A stretch of 42,536 nucleotides of DNA from Octopus bimaculoides (Eukaryota), in contig NC_068985.1 in assembly GCF_001194135.2 (NCBI RefSeq), positions 2,219,862 to 2,262,397 on the forward strand, in the 5' to 3' direction. Within the stretch, counting starts at the first letter, position 1; each line of letters starts with the position of its first letter. The notes below the pieces were generated by a model. The model made no database searches and was not told the origin of the DNA. It saw nothing but the letters and a program-made list of their open reading frames with translations. Both the position numbers and the translations under genes were made by a program. Positions 1 to 11,344 of the stretch are shown here, in pieces.

Positions 1-50
<50 letters not shown>

Positions 51-84
51 TACATACATACATATATACACATATATATATATT
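1..84. repeat. Compound (TA)n/(CA)n/(TACA)n microsatellite
   Basis: Visible directly at the window start. Confidence 0.97.
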
Positions 85-586
85 AGTGTGCAGACGCAAT
101 GAGATGCAGAGGGCACATGTGTACATTGAATATCTGCATCGTGTCATAGCTTTCATGTCACACCTATGCTGATCTGTATCCTGTACGAAATGCTCTACTG
201 GAAACTCCTTTTACAGTTATGACTATTCCTAACCATAAATCAAATCCAAGGTTTTAACCTTGCACATGCTTCCCAATGATTTTTATCAGATTCTGATTAC
301 ACTGTGAGTGAGAAAGTTGTCTCTATCTGCCCATAAAACAAACCAGAAAACATAGAGAAATCACACTGACTGCACTGGTGAATGTATAAAATTATTAAAG
401 TCATGTCTATACATGATTATAAGTTTTCAGCAAATCAATGATGTTTTCATATTTTCAATGAGATTCAATCAAGTGTGAAAAGAAATCTCTTTATGGTAAG
501 TGAACATCACTTGAGAGAAAACTCCATGGTTGAAAGACAAATATGATTTATTAATTTGATAGTTTCTTCTTAATAAATAAATGTAA

Positions 587-588
587 CA

Positions 589-623
<35 letters not shown>

Positions 624-1000
624 TATGTACGTATGTATGTATGTATGTACGTATGTATGTATGTATGCATGCATGTCTGTACGTATGTATGTAGGTAGGT
701 AGCTATGTTTATACATTCATATGCACACACACACATGAAGATAAATAGGCAGATACATACATACATACAAATATTTACATATATAGAGACAGATTAATAG
801 AAAATAAATATAGAGATATATACACATAAATGTATACATTTATACATACAGACATATACACACACACACACACACACATATATATACATACATACATGCA
901 TATGTGTGTGTGCATGTACTGTGTGTGTGTGTGTGTGTGTTTGTGTGTGTATGTGTGTGTGTGTGCGTGTGTGTGTGTGTTTTCATGCATATATGTGGTG
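587..1000. repeat. Compound TG/TATG/CA/TA microsatellite block
   Basis: Visible directly; the ORFs at 551-1030 are translations of these repeats. Confidence 0.95.
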
Positions 1001-1369
1001 AGAGAGAGCAAAGAAAAAAAAACACAATAGAATAAGTTCATGTGTGAAAATATTAGCGATGTTAGTTCTGCTGATAAAGAATGCAAACCATTCTTGTACT
1101 AAACATATTTCATCTTAATTTGTCTCACTTTAGGCTCATTAACACAACTTTGCTTAAAAATTGTCAGCAGTGAATTAAAAGATGTTCAAAAGTGTGACAC
1201 AAGTCTCCGTGATAACACAGTATTTAAAAAAAAAACTGAAATATCCCATAAAACCGACACATGTATAAATCCCCATCCATCTCAGACGGTCCTTTTGTTT
1301 CACTGAACCAATCATGTGATTCCTTTCATGATTTGGCTGTTGACAAAAAGCAAACAGTATTAACTAAAA

Positions 1370-1573
1370 TTTATCTTTTATATTTTACTTGTTTCAGTCA
1401 TTAGACTTCAGCCATGCTGGAGCACCACCTTGAAGAATTCTTAATTGAATGAATTGACCCTGGTACTTATTTTCTTTAAAACCTGGTCCTAACTCTATCA
1501 GTTTCTTTTGCTGAACGACTAAGTTACAGGGACATAAACATATCAACACCAGTTGTCAAGTAGTGGTGGGGGA

Positions 1574-1622
<49 letters not shown>
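1370..1622 (-). mobile_element. tRNA-derived SINE family A, 3' half
   Basis: Reverse complement of the 3' half of the full copies at 16614-16995 and 36680-37100 (shared blocks 'ttgacaactggtg', 'gatagaataagtac', 'ggtggtgctccagcatggc', 'tgactgaaacaagtaaaa'); ends in (CA)n where the internal TG tract lies. Confidence 0.85.
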
Positions 1623-1623
<1 letters not shown>

Positions 1624-1649
1624 TACGTGTAGGCAGGTTATCTTTCGAA

Positions 1650-1658
1650 GCAGTGACA

Positions 1659-1710
<52 letters not shown>

Positions 1711-1914
1711 TAATAATAATAGTGACATCAAAAAATACCTCAGGAATGAGAACCCAGGTTTGAAATTTCCACAAGACACCTGATGAAGGCTGGAGGGTAT
1801 ATCAGCCGAAATGTTGTGTTAACAACAAACAAGATGAGGTCAAATATCTGTCAAATGTAAATAATGTAAATAATGTAAATAATGTACATAATTCCTCATC
1901 TCTTAAATATAGAA
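1650..1914 (+). mobile_element. 5'-truncated short retroposon (hammerhead-bearing family, copy 1)
   Basis: Aligns over about 230 bp with the reverse complement of 33722-33900: gcagtgac-(AAT)n-catcaaaaaatacc-aggaatgagaacc-...-ctgatgaaggctggagggtatatcagc-...-caaatgtaaataatgta. Ends in an (AATGTAAAT)n tail. Confidence 0.9.
1775..1820 (+). ncRNA. Minimal type-I hammerhead ribozyme-like motif
   Basis: Stem I GACAC(1775-79)/GTGTT(1816-20); core CTGATGA (1780-86) plus one extra A; stem II GGCTG/CAGCC around a 10-nt loop; GAAA (1808-11); then TGT-T. Activity is not shown. Confidence 0.7.
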
Positions 1915-1951
1915 TATTATGATGCAGTGTCCTAACTACAACATCATGTCT

Positions 1952-2801
1952 CATCGGTTGATAATAAACTGCCATCTGAATTATACAGAAATGAAACTAA
2001 CACTGACATCTCGTTTTAATAGATGCATTTACCAAAATTACATAAAAATATCTTGAAATACTAAAGAGTAAGTTTATTCAATAGAATCACCATTGACTTC
2101 AACCATGGCCTCCAGACGACTTTGGAATTTCCAGCAACTCTTCTGGGTGGTCTCTTTGTTTAAGTTGGTGAATGCTGTCATAATCCTTGCCTTCTGCTCA
2201 TCTTTGGTGTAACAAGGAGTTTTATTGGTCTCTTGCTCACATAATAATCAAGCAGGATGCAGTCTGAGGAATCAGACGGCCAGATGTTATGGGGTGATGT
2301 GCTCGCAGAAATTGTCTGACAGCCATGACTGGGTTCTCCTGTTTGTGTGGCATGGTGCAGAGTCCTGTTGCCAGATATAAGGTCTTCCAACAACCACCCT
2401 CTTGACCTAAGGCAGCACTACCACCTCCAGGCACTTGATGTAGGCCTCCTTGTTGAGTGTGAGGTGGTGTAGGAAGATGAATGGAGACATAATGTTATCA
2501 TCATTGGTGATCACTCCAAACACCACGATGTTGACTGGATGTTTGATTTTTATCACTCTCGTTACATGTCCTCAGATTGACGACACCCAAACACTCTGAA
2601 ATGTTCATACTGGAGCTTCCAGAACGAATGCCAAGCAGTACAGCATGTCGTTTCCAAATTTCTGACAGAGTGAATTGTGTCAAGGTGCTGTTTTTCTCAC
2701 AGATGGTGCCCAACTGACTCTACTGTAAATCAAAAACACACAAGGGTCATGGGCGAAATTGAAAATATAAAATGGCGGCAATTTACACATAGCACCGTCT
2801 G
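1952..2801 (-). mobile_element. Degenerate, internally deleted Tc1/mariner DD37D (maT-type) transposon
   Basis: Minus strand across frameshifts reads KHPVNIVVFGVITND..EAYIKCL..RPYIWQQDSAPCHTNRRTQSWLS..(WP)SDSSDCILLDYY..KARIMTAFTNLNKE..RLEAMVEVNGD. The decayed motifs are consistent with DD37D spacing. N-terminus MGTICEKNSTLTQFTLSEIWKRHAVLLGIR lies at about 2600-2713. Weak TIR remnants at about 1952-1977 and 2774-2801. Confidence 0.85.
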
Positions 2802-2828
2802 TGTGCGTGCGTGTGTGTGTGTGTGTGT

Positions 2829-2871
<43 letters not shown>

Positions 2872-3030
2872 TAATGCACACTATATGGATTTAACTAATC
2901 CAGTGGTACTCACAAAAAAGCTCTTTTAGTGGACCAGGCTACAAACAATAAAGGCTGTGAAACAATCGTTGTTATACGCCTATCAGCTGGTGAAATAGAT
3001 ATATTCATCTTATACCTCCTCTCTTTCTTT

Positions 3031-3400
3031 CATCATCGTCATCATCATCATCATCATCATCGTTTAACACCCATTTTCCATGCTGGCATGGGTTGGACAG
3101 TTTGATTGAGGACTGGCAAGCCAGCAGGCTGCACCATTCTCCAATCTGATCTGGCAAGGTTTCTACAGCTGGATGCCCTTCCTTACAACAACCACTCCGA
3201 GAATGTAGTGAGTGCATTTTATGTGCCACTAGCATGGGGAGCCAGTCAGGCAGCACTGGCTTCAACTATGTTCGGAAGGTGCTATATACATGCCACCAGC
3301 ACAGGAGCCAGTCAGGGGGAACTGGCATGAACCACATTCGGATAGTGTCTTTTTACATGTCACCAATGCCGCCAGTGCCAGCCAGTGCCACCTGACTGGC
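3031..3400 (-). mobile_element. RTE-clade LINE 3' UTR fragment with (GAT)n tail
   Basis: (CAT)n followed by cgtttaac..ttccatgctggcatgggttgga..ctggatgcccttcc, homologous to 24873, 18078 and 42305, which at other loci continue into RTE ORF2. Confidence 0.88.
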
Positions 3401-3739
3401 ATCGATAGAAACAACAGGAAGTGAGAAATAGTCGGGAATGTGGAAAGTTCATAATAGCTGTAATCCAAATAAAGCAGAATGGGAGTCCATAGTGTTGATG
3501 AGGCATAAGATTGCGTAGGTCGGTCAATGGTGTCAAAGTATCTGGGAATTATTAAATCAATGACCCTTGTAGATTGAAATGAATAATAAAATTAGGACAT
3601 GAAGTAAAGTTCTGTAATTTGTGTTTGTTGATTGCAGACATCTGTAATTAGTGTAAATATAAAGTAATTGCAAATGTTTAATTTTTATATATTTAAAAAG
3701 GATATCAAGAAATGTAGGTAGGAATATAATAAAGAAGTG

Positions 3740-3960
3740 CTGGTGCCACATATCAAGCACTGGTGCTGGTGCCATGTAAAAGTCATTCAGAACACTATGT
3801 AAAGTGGTTGGCATTAGGAAGGGCATCCAGCTGTAAAAACCAGGCCAAAACAGACAATTGGAGCCAGGGCAGCTCTCTGGCATTACCAGATCCAGTCAAA
3901 CCATCCAGCTCATGCCAGCATGGAAAGCAGACATTAGATGATGATGATGATGATGATGAT
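3740..3960 (+). mobile_element. RTE-clade LINE 3' UTR fragment
   Basis: ggttggcattaggaagggcatccagctgt..catgccagcatggaaagcagacatta followed by a (GAT)n tail; inverted relative to the copy at 3031. Confidence 0.88.
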
Positions 3961-4423
3961 GACGACAATGATGATGAGGATTATGACACTGGTGATAACG
4001 ATAATGACGACGACAATGATGATGATGAGGATGACGACGATGATGATGATGATGACGACGACGATGACAATGACGATGATGATGATGATGATGATGACGA
4101 TGATGATGATTATGAAGATGAAGATGATGATGACAGCGATGATGATGATGATGACNNNNNNNNNNAGCGATGATGATGATGATGACGACGACGATGACGA
4201 CGACGACGATGATGATGATGATGATGATGACGATGATGATGACGATGATGATGATTATGAAGATGAAGATGATGATGACAATGACGATAATGACAATGAC
4301 GACGACGGTGATGATGATGATGACGATGACGACAACGACGACGACGACAATGATGATCATGATGATTATGATGACGATGACGACGACAACAACAACAATG
4401 ATGATGATGATGATGATGATGAT
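3938..4423 (+). repeat. Expanded compound (GAT/GAC/AAT)n trinucleotide array
   Basis: Visible directly; continuous with the RTE tail; 10-N gap at 4156-4165. Confidence 0.97.
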
Positions 4424-5524
4424 TAGTAGCGGAAATGGAGTCAACTGAAAACAATCAGGTATTGAAACCACAATATCTTGCAGCAAGCTGTGGCCCTTTC
4501 TGCTCTATCACACTCTGCACATAATAATATAAAATATCAATAAAATACATACAAAAAAAGCATAATTACTTCTCTATAAGAATAAATATAGGAAACATTA
4601 TGAAGCAGGAGAAAAAAATTTCATGTTTCTGGTAATTTTACCATTTTTCTTTTGCAAAATTTGTCAAGCTTTATATTTAAAAAGAGGGAAAAAAAATTGT
4701 AAGGTTTGTACAATTCCCCTCCTTACCAAAACAAAAAAGAAAGAAGTAATGGAAGGAATTTTTTTAAAAATTAAAGACAAAATAAACTACCATATTATTA
4801 TTATTATTTTATTTCTTGAAGCAAAATTGTTGAAATAAGTTAGTATTAACATCAAGCTACCAAAATTATATCTAATTTAAAGAAATACTGCTTAAAAACA
4901 GTTTTCACTTTGAAATATCTTTGAATTTTTGGCTTTTCATCACGTTTCCTTTTTATTCAAATCTTGTTATTGTTGTTGTTGCTGTTGTTATTGTTGTTAT
5001 TGTTGTTGCTGCTGCTTCTGCTGCAGTCGTTGTTTGTACATTATCCCTTACGTTTTTCATTTCCCTCTTCACAACAAATTCACTACAAGCGATCAGCAGC
5101 TGCAAATACAGCAGCACTAAATTACAAGATGGCCAGATTACAGAGAAATATTTTGGAGAAAAAGAGAGACGGAAAGAAGCAGAGTGGCACCAGAACTGAA
5201 GATCTGCCTCATTACTTTATCGAAGATCATNNNNNNNNNNNNNNNNNNNNNNNNNNNNNNNNNNNNNNNNNNNNNNNNNNNNNNNNNNNNNNNNNNNNNN
5301 NNNNNNNNNNNNNNNNNNNNNNNNNNNNNNNNNNNNNNNNNNNNNNNNNNNNNNNNNNNNNNNNNNNNNNNNNNNNNNNNNNNNNNNNNNNNNNNNNNNN
5401 NNNNNNNNNNNNNNNNNNNNNNNNNNNNNNNNNNNNNNNNNNNNNNNNNNNNNNNNNNNNNNNNNNNNNNNNNNNNNNNNNNNNNNNNNNNNNNNNNNNN
5501 NNNNNNNNNNNNNNNNNNNNNNNN

Positions 5525-5529
5525 ATATA

Positions 5530-5561
<32 letters not shown>

Positions 5562-6393
5562 CATATATATATATCTGTTTGTTTACATACACATATACAT
5601 ACATCTATATGCATGTATATATTATATACATTGTATGAGCATTATATATATGTCTGTGTGTGTGTGTATATAGATAAATATGATATATATGTATCTGCAA
5701 TATAAATTTTTATGTATATGGATATAGATATGTATATATGTTCGTTTATTAATACATATACACAAACAGCCATATATACAAAAATATAAATGCTAACAGA
5801 TTCATAGCCACTTATGTAGTACGTGTAAGAAGAGGTATACACACCCATTTTTATACTTACATACATATACATACATACACACATATAAATATATATGCAT
5901 ATATATGTCTGTACTTATCTGTATGTGTTGTTGATTTTATATACATGAATATATATAAATATATCTATTCATTTATGTGTGTGTGTATACTTATATATAT
6001 ATATGTATGTATGTATGTATGTATACGTGTGTATATTTTTGAATAGATATATCTGTGTGTGTACACAATCATATCACACATTATCAGTCTATGTTCTCTG
6101 TGCCTGTATATATATATGTGTGTATATAAAGGCACACCATCACACTTAAGCATCAATATGAGTATATTTATTGAAATTGCAGCGTAATATTGATACACAA
6201 ATTTGTACATTGAGTTTCCTTTCAAATTTACATGCAGAGATGATTGTTTAAATTTTCATACAGACTTTTCCTCCTAATGGTATGTCTCCATATTTACACT
6301 TCTATAATTATCTATTCATACATACATTCATATATATGTGCCTATACGCATACATGCATACATGCATACATACATACATACATACACACACAA

Positions 6394-6452
<59 letters not shown>

Positions 6453-8290
6453 NNNNNNNNNNNNNNNNNNNNNNNNNNNNNNNNNNNNNNNNNNNNNNNN
6501 NNNNNNNNNNNNNNNNNNNNNNNNNNNNNNNNNNNNNNNNNNNNNNNNNNNNNNNNNNNNNNNNNNNNNNNNNNNNNNNNNNNNNNNNNNNNNNNNNNNN
6601 NNNNNNNNNNNNNNNNNNNNNNNNNNNNNNNNNNNNNNNNNNNNNNNNNNNNNNNNNNNNNNNNNNNNNNNNNNNNNNNNNNNNNNNNNNNNNNNNNNNN
6701 NNNNNNNNNNNNNNNNNNNNNNNNNNNNNNNNNNNNNNNNNNNNNNNNNNNNNNNNNNNNNNNNNNNNNNNNNNNNNNNNNNNNNNNNNNNNNNNNNNNN
6801 NNNNNNNNNNNNNNNNNNNNNNNNNNNNNNNNNNNNNNNNNNNNNNNNNNNNNNNNNNNNNNNNNNNNNNNNNNNNNNNNNNNNNNNNNNNNNNNNNNNN
6901 NNNNNNNNNNNNNNNNNNNNNNNNNNNNNNNNNNNNNNNNNNNNNNNNNNNNNNNNNNNNNNNNNNNNNNNNNNNNNNNNNNNNNNNNNNNNNNNNNNNN
7001 NNNNNNNNNNNNNNTATATATATATATATATGAATATATATATAAATATATGCATATATTTATATACATATATGCATATATATAAATATGTGCATATGTT
7101 TATATACATATATGCATATATATATATATTTATATATGTATATATGTGCACACACACACAAACACACACATATATAACCATAGACATACAAAGAGCAAGA
7201 GATATACATGGCTCTACATATGTTCATGTTTGTATGTCATTAAGTTAATGAAGACTGTCAAAGATTAAATAATATTTTCCATTGTGTTTTTTTTAATCGA
7301 ACTTTTCCCCAGTGTCCTCAACAGTTCACTGAGACTCCAATTCTTTTAAACACTTCTTCCAAACTAATTACGATTCTACAAACTTCTATCTCAACTCTCT
7401 ATCTCTAGTTCGCTTCATCGCATGAACATACACATACACATATACACACTCTCTCACGTATACTTACAAATACATGAATGCATTTATAGGTATATATATA
7501 CATGCACACACATAATTATATATGTGTGTAGCTATAAATGTATATGCAAATATGTGTGCATATATATATATATATATATCTGTGTGTGTGGGTGTATATA
7601 TATNNNNNNNNNNCACACATATATATGTGTGTATATATACATAAGTATACATGTATGTATATATATATGTTTGTGTGTTCGTGAGTGTGTATATGTACGT
7701 GTGTGTATACTTACACTCATACACACACACACACATTTATATTCATGGAGGTATAAGAACTAAGAGACTTTCTGACTGCAAAAAGTTCTTGTGTTCTTTG
7801 ATAGTACAATTATCAATAATAATACTTAATGTTTGGTGGAATATTATAATTGCATTTACACATCTCTAGATTTTGTGGCTCTGTATTTATGTATAAATTT
7901 GCGTATATATTTTTCACTCTGTGTGTATGAGTGATTATATATGAATATGTATAATGTGTGTATTTGCATGTGTTTATTTTTCTATATAATGTGAAAATAT
8001 ATGCGAAAAACGTATCTGCCTATAGATGTGTGTGTACATATATCTACATACACATGTGTGGGTGTGTGTATGTTTGTCTGTATGTGTGTATTTGCTTAGA
8101 AATATTTGAAAGTGTAAATGCGCATAAAGTATATATGTAGGCAGTACGTGTGATATGAGCTGTGTGTGTACGATGATGATAAGGAGGGAGATATATGTAC
8201 ATGCCACATATTTTACACACGCACAAACACACACATATATACACATATAATATATATGTACAATGTATATATTTATGTGTGTATATATAC

Positions 8291-8333
<43 letters not shown>

Positions 8334-8790
8334 NNNNNNNNNNNNNNNNNNNNNNNNNNNNNNNNNNNNNNNNNNNNNNNNNNNNNNNNNNNNNNNNNNN
8401 NNNNNNNNNNNNNNNNNNNNNNNNNNNNNNNNNNNNNNNNNNNNNNNNNNNNNNNNNNNNNNNNNNNNNNNNNNNNNNNNNNNNNNNNNNNNNNNNNNNN
8501 NNNNNNNNNNNNNNNNNNNNNNNNNNNNNNNNNNNNNNNNNNNNNNNNNNNNNNNNNNNNNNNNNNNNNNNNNNNNNNNNNNNNNNNNNNNNNNNNNNNN
8601 NNNNNNNNNNNNNNNNNNNNNNNNNNNNNNNNNNNNNNNNNNNNNNNNNNNNNNNNNNNNNNNNNNNNNNNNNNNNNNNNNNNNNNNNNNNNNNNNNNNN
8701 NNNNNNNNNNNNNNNNNNNNNNNNNCATACATATATATGTATGTATATATGTATGTATGTATGTATGTATGTGTGTGTGTTTATATGTGT
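5525..8790. repeat. Dense TA/TG/TACA microsatellite region with assembly gaps (6453-7014, 7604-7613, 8334-8725)
   Basis: Visible directly, interspersed with short AT-rich unique stretches. Confidence 0.9.
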
Positions 8791-9669
8791 AAGTTTATTT
8801 TCTGAAACATTTTATAAAAAGCAAAAAACACCATCATTAGAATATTTTCTGAAGAATATTTGGGGAAAAAAAAAAAACAATGAAGGAAATAATATTTAAG
8901 CTTTACTTTAAAAATCCTTTAATTTGAGAATAAAATAACAAAAAACAACTACAATAAGTATATTATCAACAACATCAAAATGGATTTTAGAAGAGATAAA
9001 AAAAAAAAGACATATTTCTAGTTTGTTTGTTTTTTTGTTTACTTATACTTTTGTTAATATACTTTAACAGAAACAAACAGAATAGTTATTATCTCTGATA
9101 TATTTTGATTTTCTCTCAGCTTCTTTTCTCTCTTTTTTTTTTTTGATGTTGTTCTTGTTGTAGCTGCTGCTGTTGCCGCTGCTGCTGCTGCTGCTGTGAC
9201 CTGTGGATAAATCTATGTGAAACTGGGGTCCCAAGGCATATCCATCAATGGCAGGCTACTCTATAGTTTAAATCAGAATTGATGGTTCCCTTCTTTGACC
9301 TCCATGCTTCAAAGGCTTTTTAAGTGCCTTCAAGAAGACTCTTGAACAGTTTATTCATTTAATATATTTTTATGGTTGGCTTTTCCTTCTTTTTGGAGTT
9401 CTTTTTATTTATTTATTGTCTTTTTATTAATATAATTTCTTTTCCTATTGAGAAAGAGAAGTAGTGGAACCCAGAACCAAATGCTTTGCATTTTCTGGTT
9501 TCATTGTCCGATGTTCCAAGTTCAAATTCCACCAAAGTCTTGCCTCTTTCTACCAGCAATCTAATCATCTCTAACTATGAACAGCCTCAATAGAAACTTT
9601 TATCTTTCTCTCAATAAAAGAAATCTGTTAATATATTACAACAATATACTTAGCGATTTGGCAAATAAG

Positions 9670-9800
9670 ACTGATAGAATAAGTACCAGCCTTAAAGAAA
9701 AGCATTAAGTGCTGGGATCAATTCATTCCACTAAAAATTCTTCAAGGTGGTGCCCCAGCATGGCCACAGTCTAATGACTGAAACAAGTAAAACGATAGAA
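9670..9800 (+). mobile_element. SINE family A, 3' fragment
   Basis: gatagaataagtacc..ttcaaggtggtgccccagcatggccacagtctaatgactgaaacaagtaaaa matches the family A 3' end. Confidence 0.85.
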
Positions 9801-9982
9801 GATTAAAGAAATTCATTTCTACAGCAAAACTCTCTGAAGTGAAATTCCTCACATGATCTGATTTTTCCCCTTTACACCTGAAAGGTGAGTGATCAAAACA
9901 ATTGTTGTGCACCATCTTTGTATTGAGTTAACCAGTCATCTACCTTCCATACACATTTGTACCCTTGAACCCGATGTGTGGA

Positions 9983-10068
<86 letters not shown>

Positions 10069-10095
10069 ATGATAATAATGATGATGATGATAATG

Positions 10096-10127
<32 letters not shown>

Positions 10128-10136
10128 GATGATGAT
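9983..10136. repeat. (AAT)n then (GAT)n microsatellite
   Basis: Visible directly. Confidence 0.97.
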
Positions 10137-10612
10137 GTTACTGCCCTGATGTAGTACCAGGCAGTGGCTCTCATGGCTTCTCATCTTAACTGGTTGGAAG
10201 TGTTATCATGTACAATGATTTGTCTTGGTATAAAAGACGGGCTACAATATGTGCATCTCTGATCACGAGCAGAAGTAGTGGGGGAGCATCATAGCCATGT
10301 GTTGAGAGGAATTCTTGGGGGTTTTGATAATTCACCTTTGGAAACATGGGTGTTTCGGTCAACATCATTAAATAATCCTTATTTATGGACCTTTTGAGTG
10401 GGATGGGCTACTCGACCTGAAGAAAATTCTAACTGTGCCCCACCTGCAAGGACATGGGATGTTTATCTTAATATGAGATCACCATGTTGTGCACATGTGG
10501 TTGTGATGCATGTGCCTGGTGTACCCTTATCAGACAGGTAGTCATGATGAGTATACTGGGCTTCGTATAATTTTACTTTGATGGCTTGTACTGCTTTTTC
10601 ACTCAATAAAAA
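10137..10612. mobile_element. Unclassified non-coding interspersed repeat abutting an AAT/GAT microsatellite
   Basis: About 470 bp of balanced-GC sequence with no ORF. I recall it as a recurrent octopus repeat but cannot verify that here; orientation is uncertain. Confidence 0.45.
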
Positions 10613-10621
10613 TGATCATAG

Positions 10622-10700
10622 AAGTTCTTTCTACTATAGGCACAAGGCCTGGAATTTGAGGGGAGGAGCCAATCGCTTACATCGACCCCAGTGCATAACA
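10622..10700 (-). mobile_element. SINE family C (CORE-like) 3' fragment
   Basis: tactataggcacaaggcctggaatttgaggggaggagccaatcgcttacatcgaccccagt is the reverse complement of the 3' part seen at 34330-34410. Confidence 0.7.
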
Positions 10701-10729
10701 GATACGATCTACCAGCTCACTGCCGAGGC

Positions 10730-11237
10730 AAGACCTTCGTACATTGGGCCTCACCGAGGCGATGACTACTGANNNNNNNNNNNNNNNNNNNNNNNNNNNN
10801 NNNNNNNNNNNNNNNNNNNNNNNNNNNNNNNNNNNNNNNNNNNNNNNNNNNNNNNNNNNNNNNNNNNNNNNNNNNNNNNNNNNNNNNNNNNNNNNNNNNN
10901 NNNNNNNNNNNNNNNNNNNNNNNNNNNNNNNNNNNNNNNNNNNNNNNNNNNNNNNNNNNNNNNNNNNNNNNNNNNNNNNNNNNNNNNNNNNNNNNNNNNN
11001 NNNNNNNNNNNNNNNNNNNNNNNNNNNNNNNNNNNNNNNNNNNNNNNNNNNNNNNNNNNNNNNNNNNNNNNNNNNNNNNNNNNNNNNNNNNNNNNNNNNN
11101 NNNNNNNNNNNNNNNNNNNNNNNNNNNNNNNNNNNNNNNNNNNNNNNNNNNNNNNNNNNNNNNNNNNNNNNNNNNNNNNNNNNNNNNNNNNNTAGCATGG
11201 AAGGCGGACGTTAAACGATGATGATGATGATGATGAT
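10730..11237 (+). mobile_element. Young RTE LINE 3' fragment spanning a gap
   Basis: Left of the gap it encodes DLRTLGLTEAMT (same as the ORF2 C-terminus at 38654-39055); right of the gap is tagcatggaaggcggacgttaaac(GAT)7. Confidence 0.85.
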
Positions 11238-11243
11238 AATAAC

Positions 11244-11344
11244 ATCATCATCATCATCATCGTTTAACATCTGCTTTCCATTCTGGCATGGGTTGGATGA
11301 TTTGACTGAGGACTGGTGAGCCAGATGGCTGCACCAGGCTCCAA
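11244..11344 (-). mobile_element. RTE LINE extreme 3' end, truncated by the adjacent L1/Tx1-like element
   Basis: (ATC)6 gtttaacatctgctttccattctggcatgggttggatgatttgactgagg..gcaccaggctcca. Confidence 0.88.

Noticed and set aside
551-1086. ORFs rich in HT/YI/CV repeats here and throughout the window
   Set aside because: They are translations of CA/TA/TG microsatellites; low complexity avoids stop codons.
3763-4426. Poly-Asp ORFs resembling an acidic biomineralisation or chaperone protein
   Set aside because: The N-terminal part is RTE 3' UTR and the acidic tract is its expanded tail; the same GAT/GAC mixture occurs on the opposite strand at 21720-22160.
5138-8899. Long ORFs of 115-334 aa
   Set aside because: Their length comes from N-gaps translated as X; the same applies at 10677-11260, 24950-25821 and 27222-27839.
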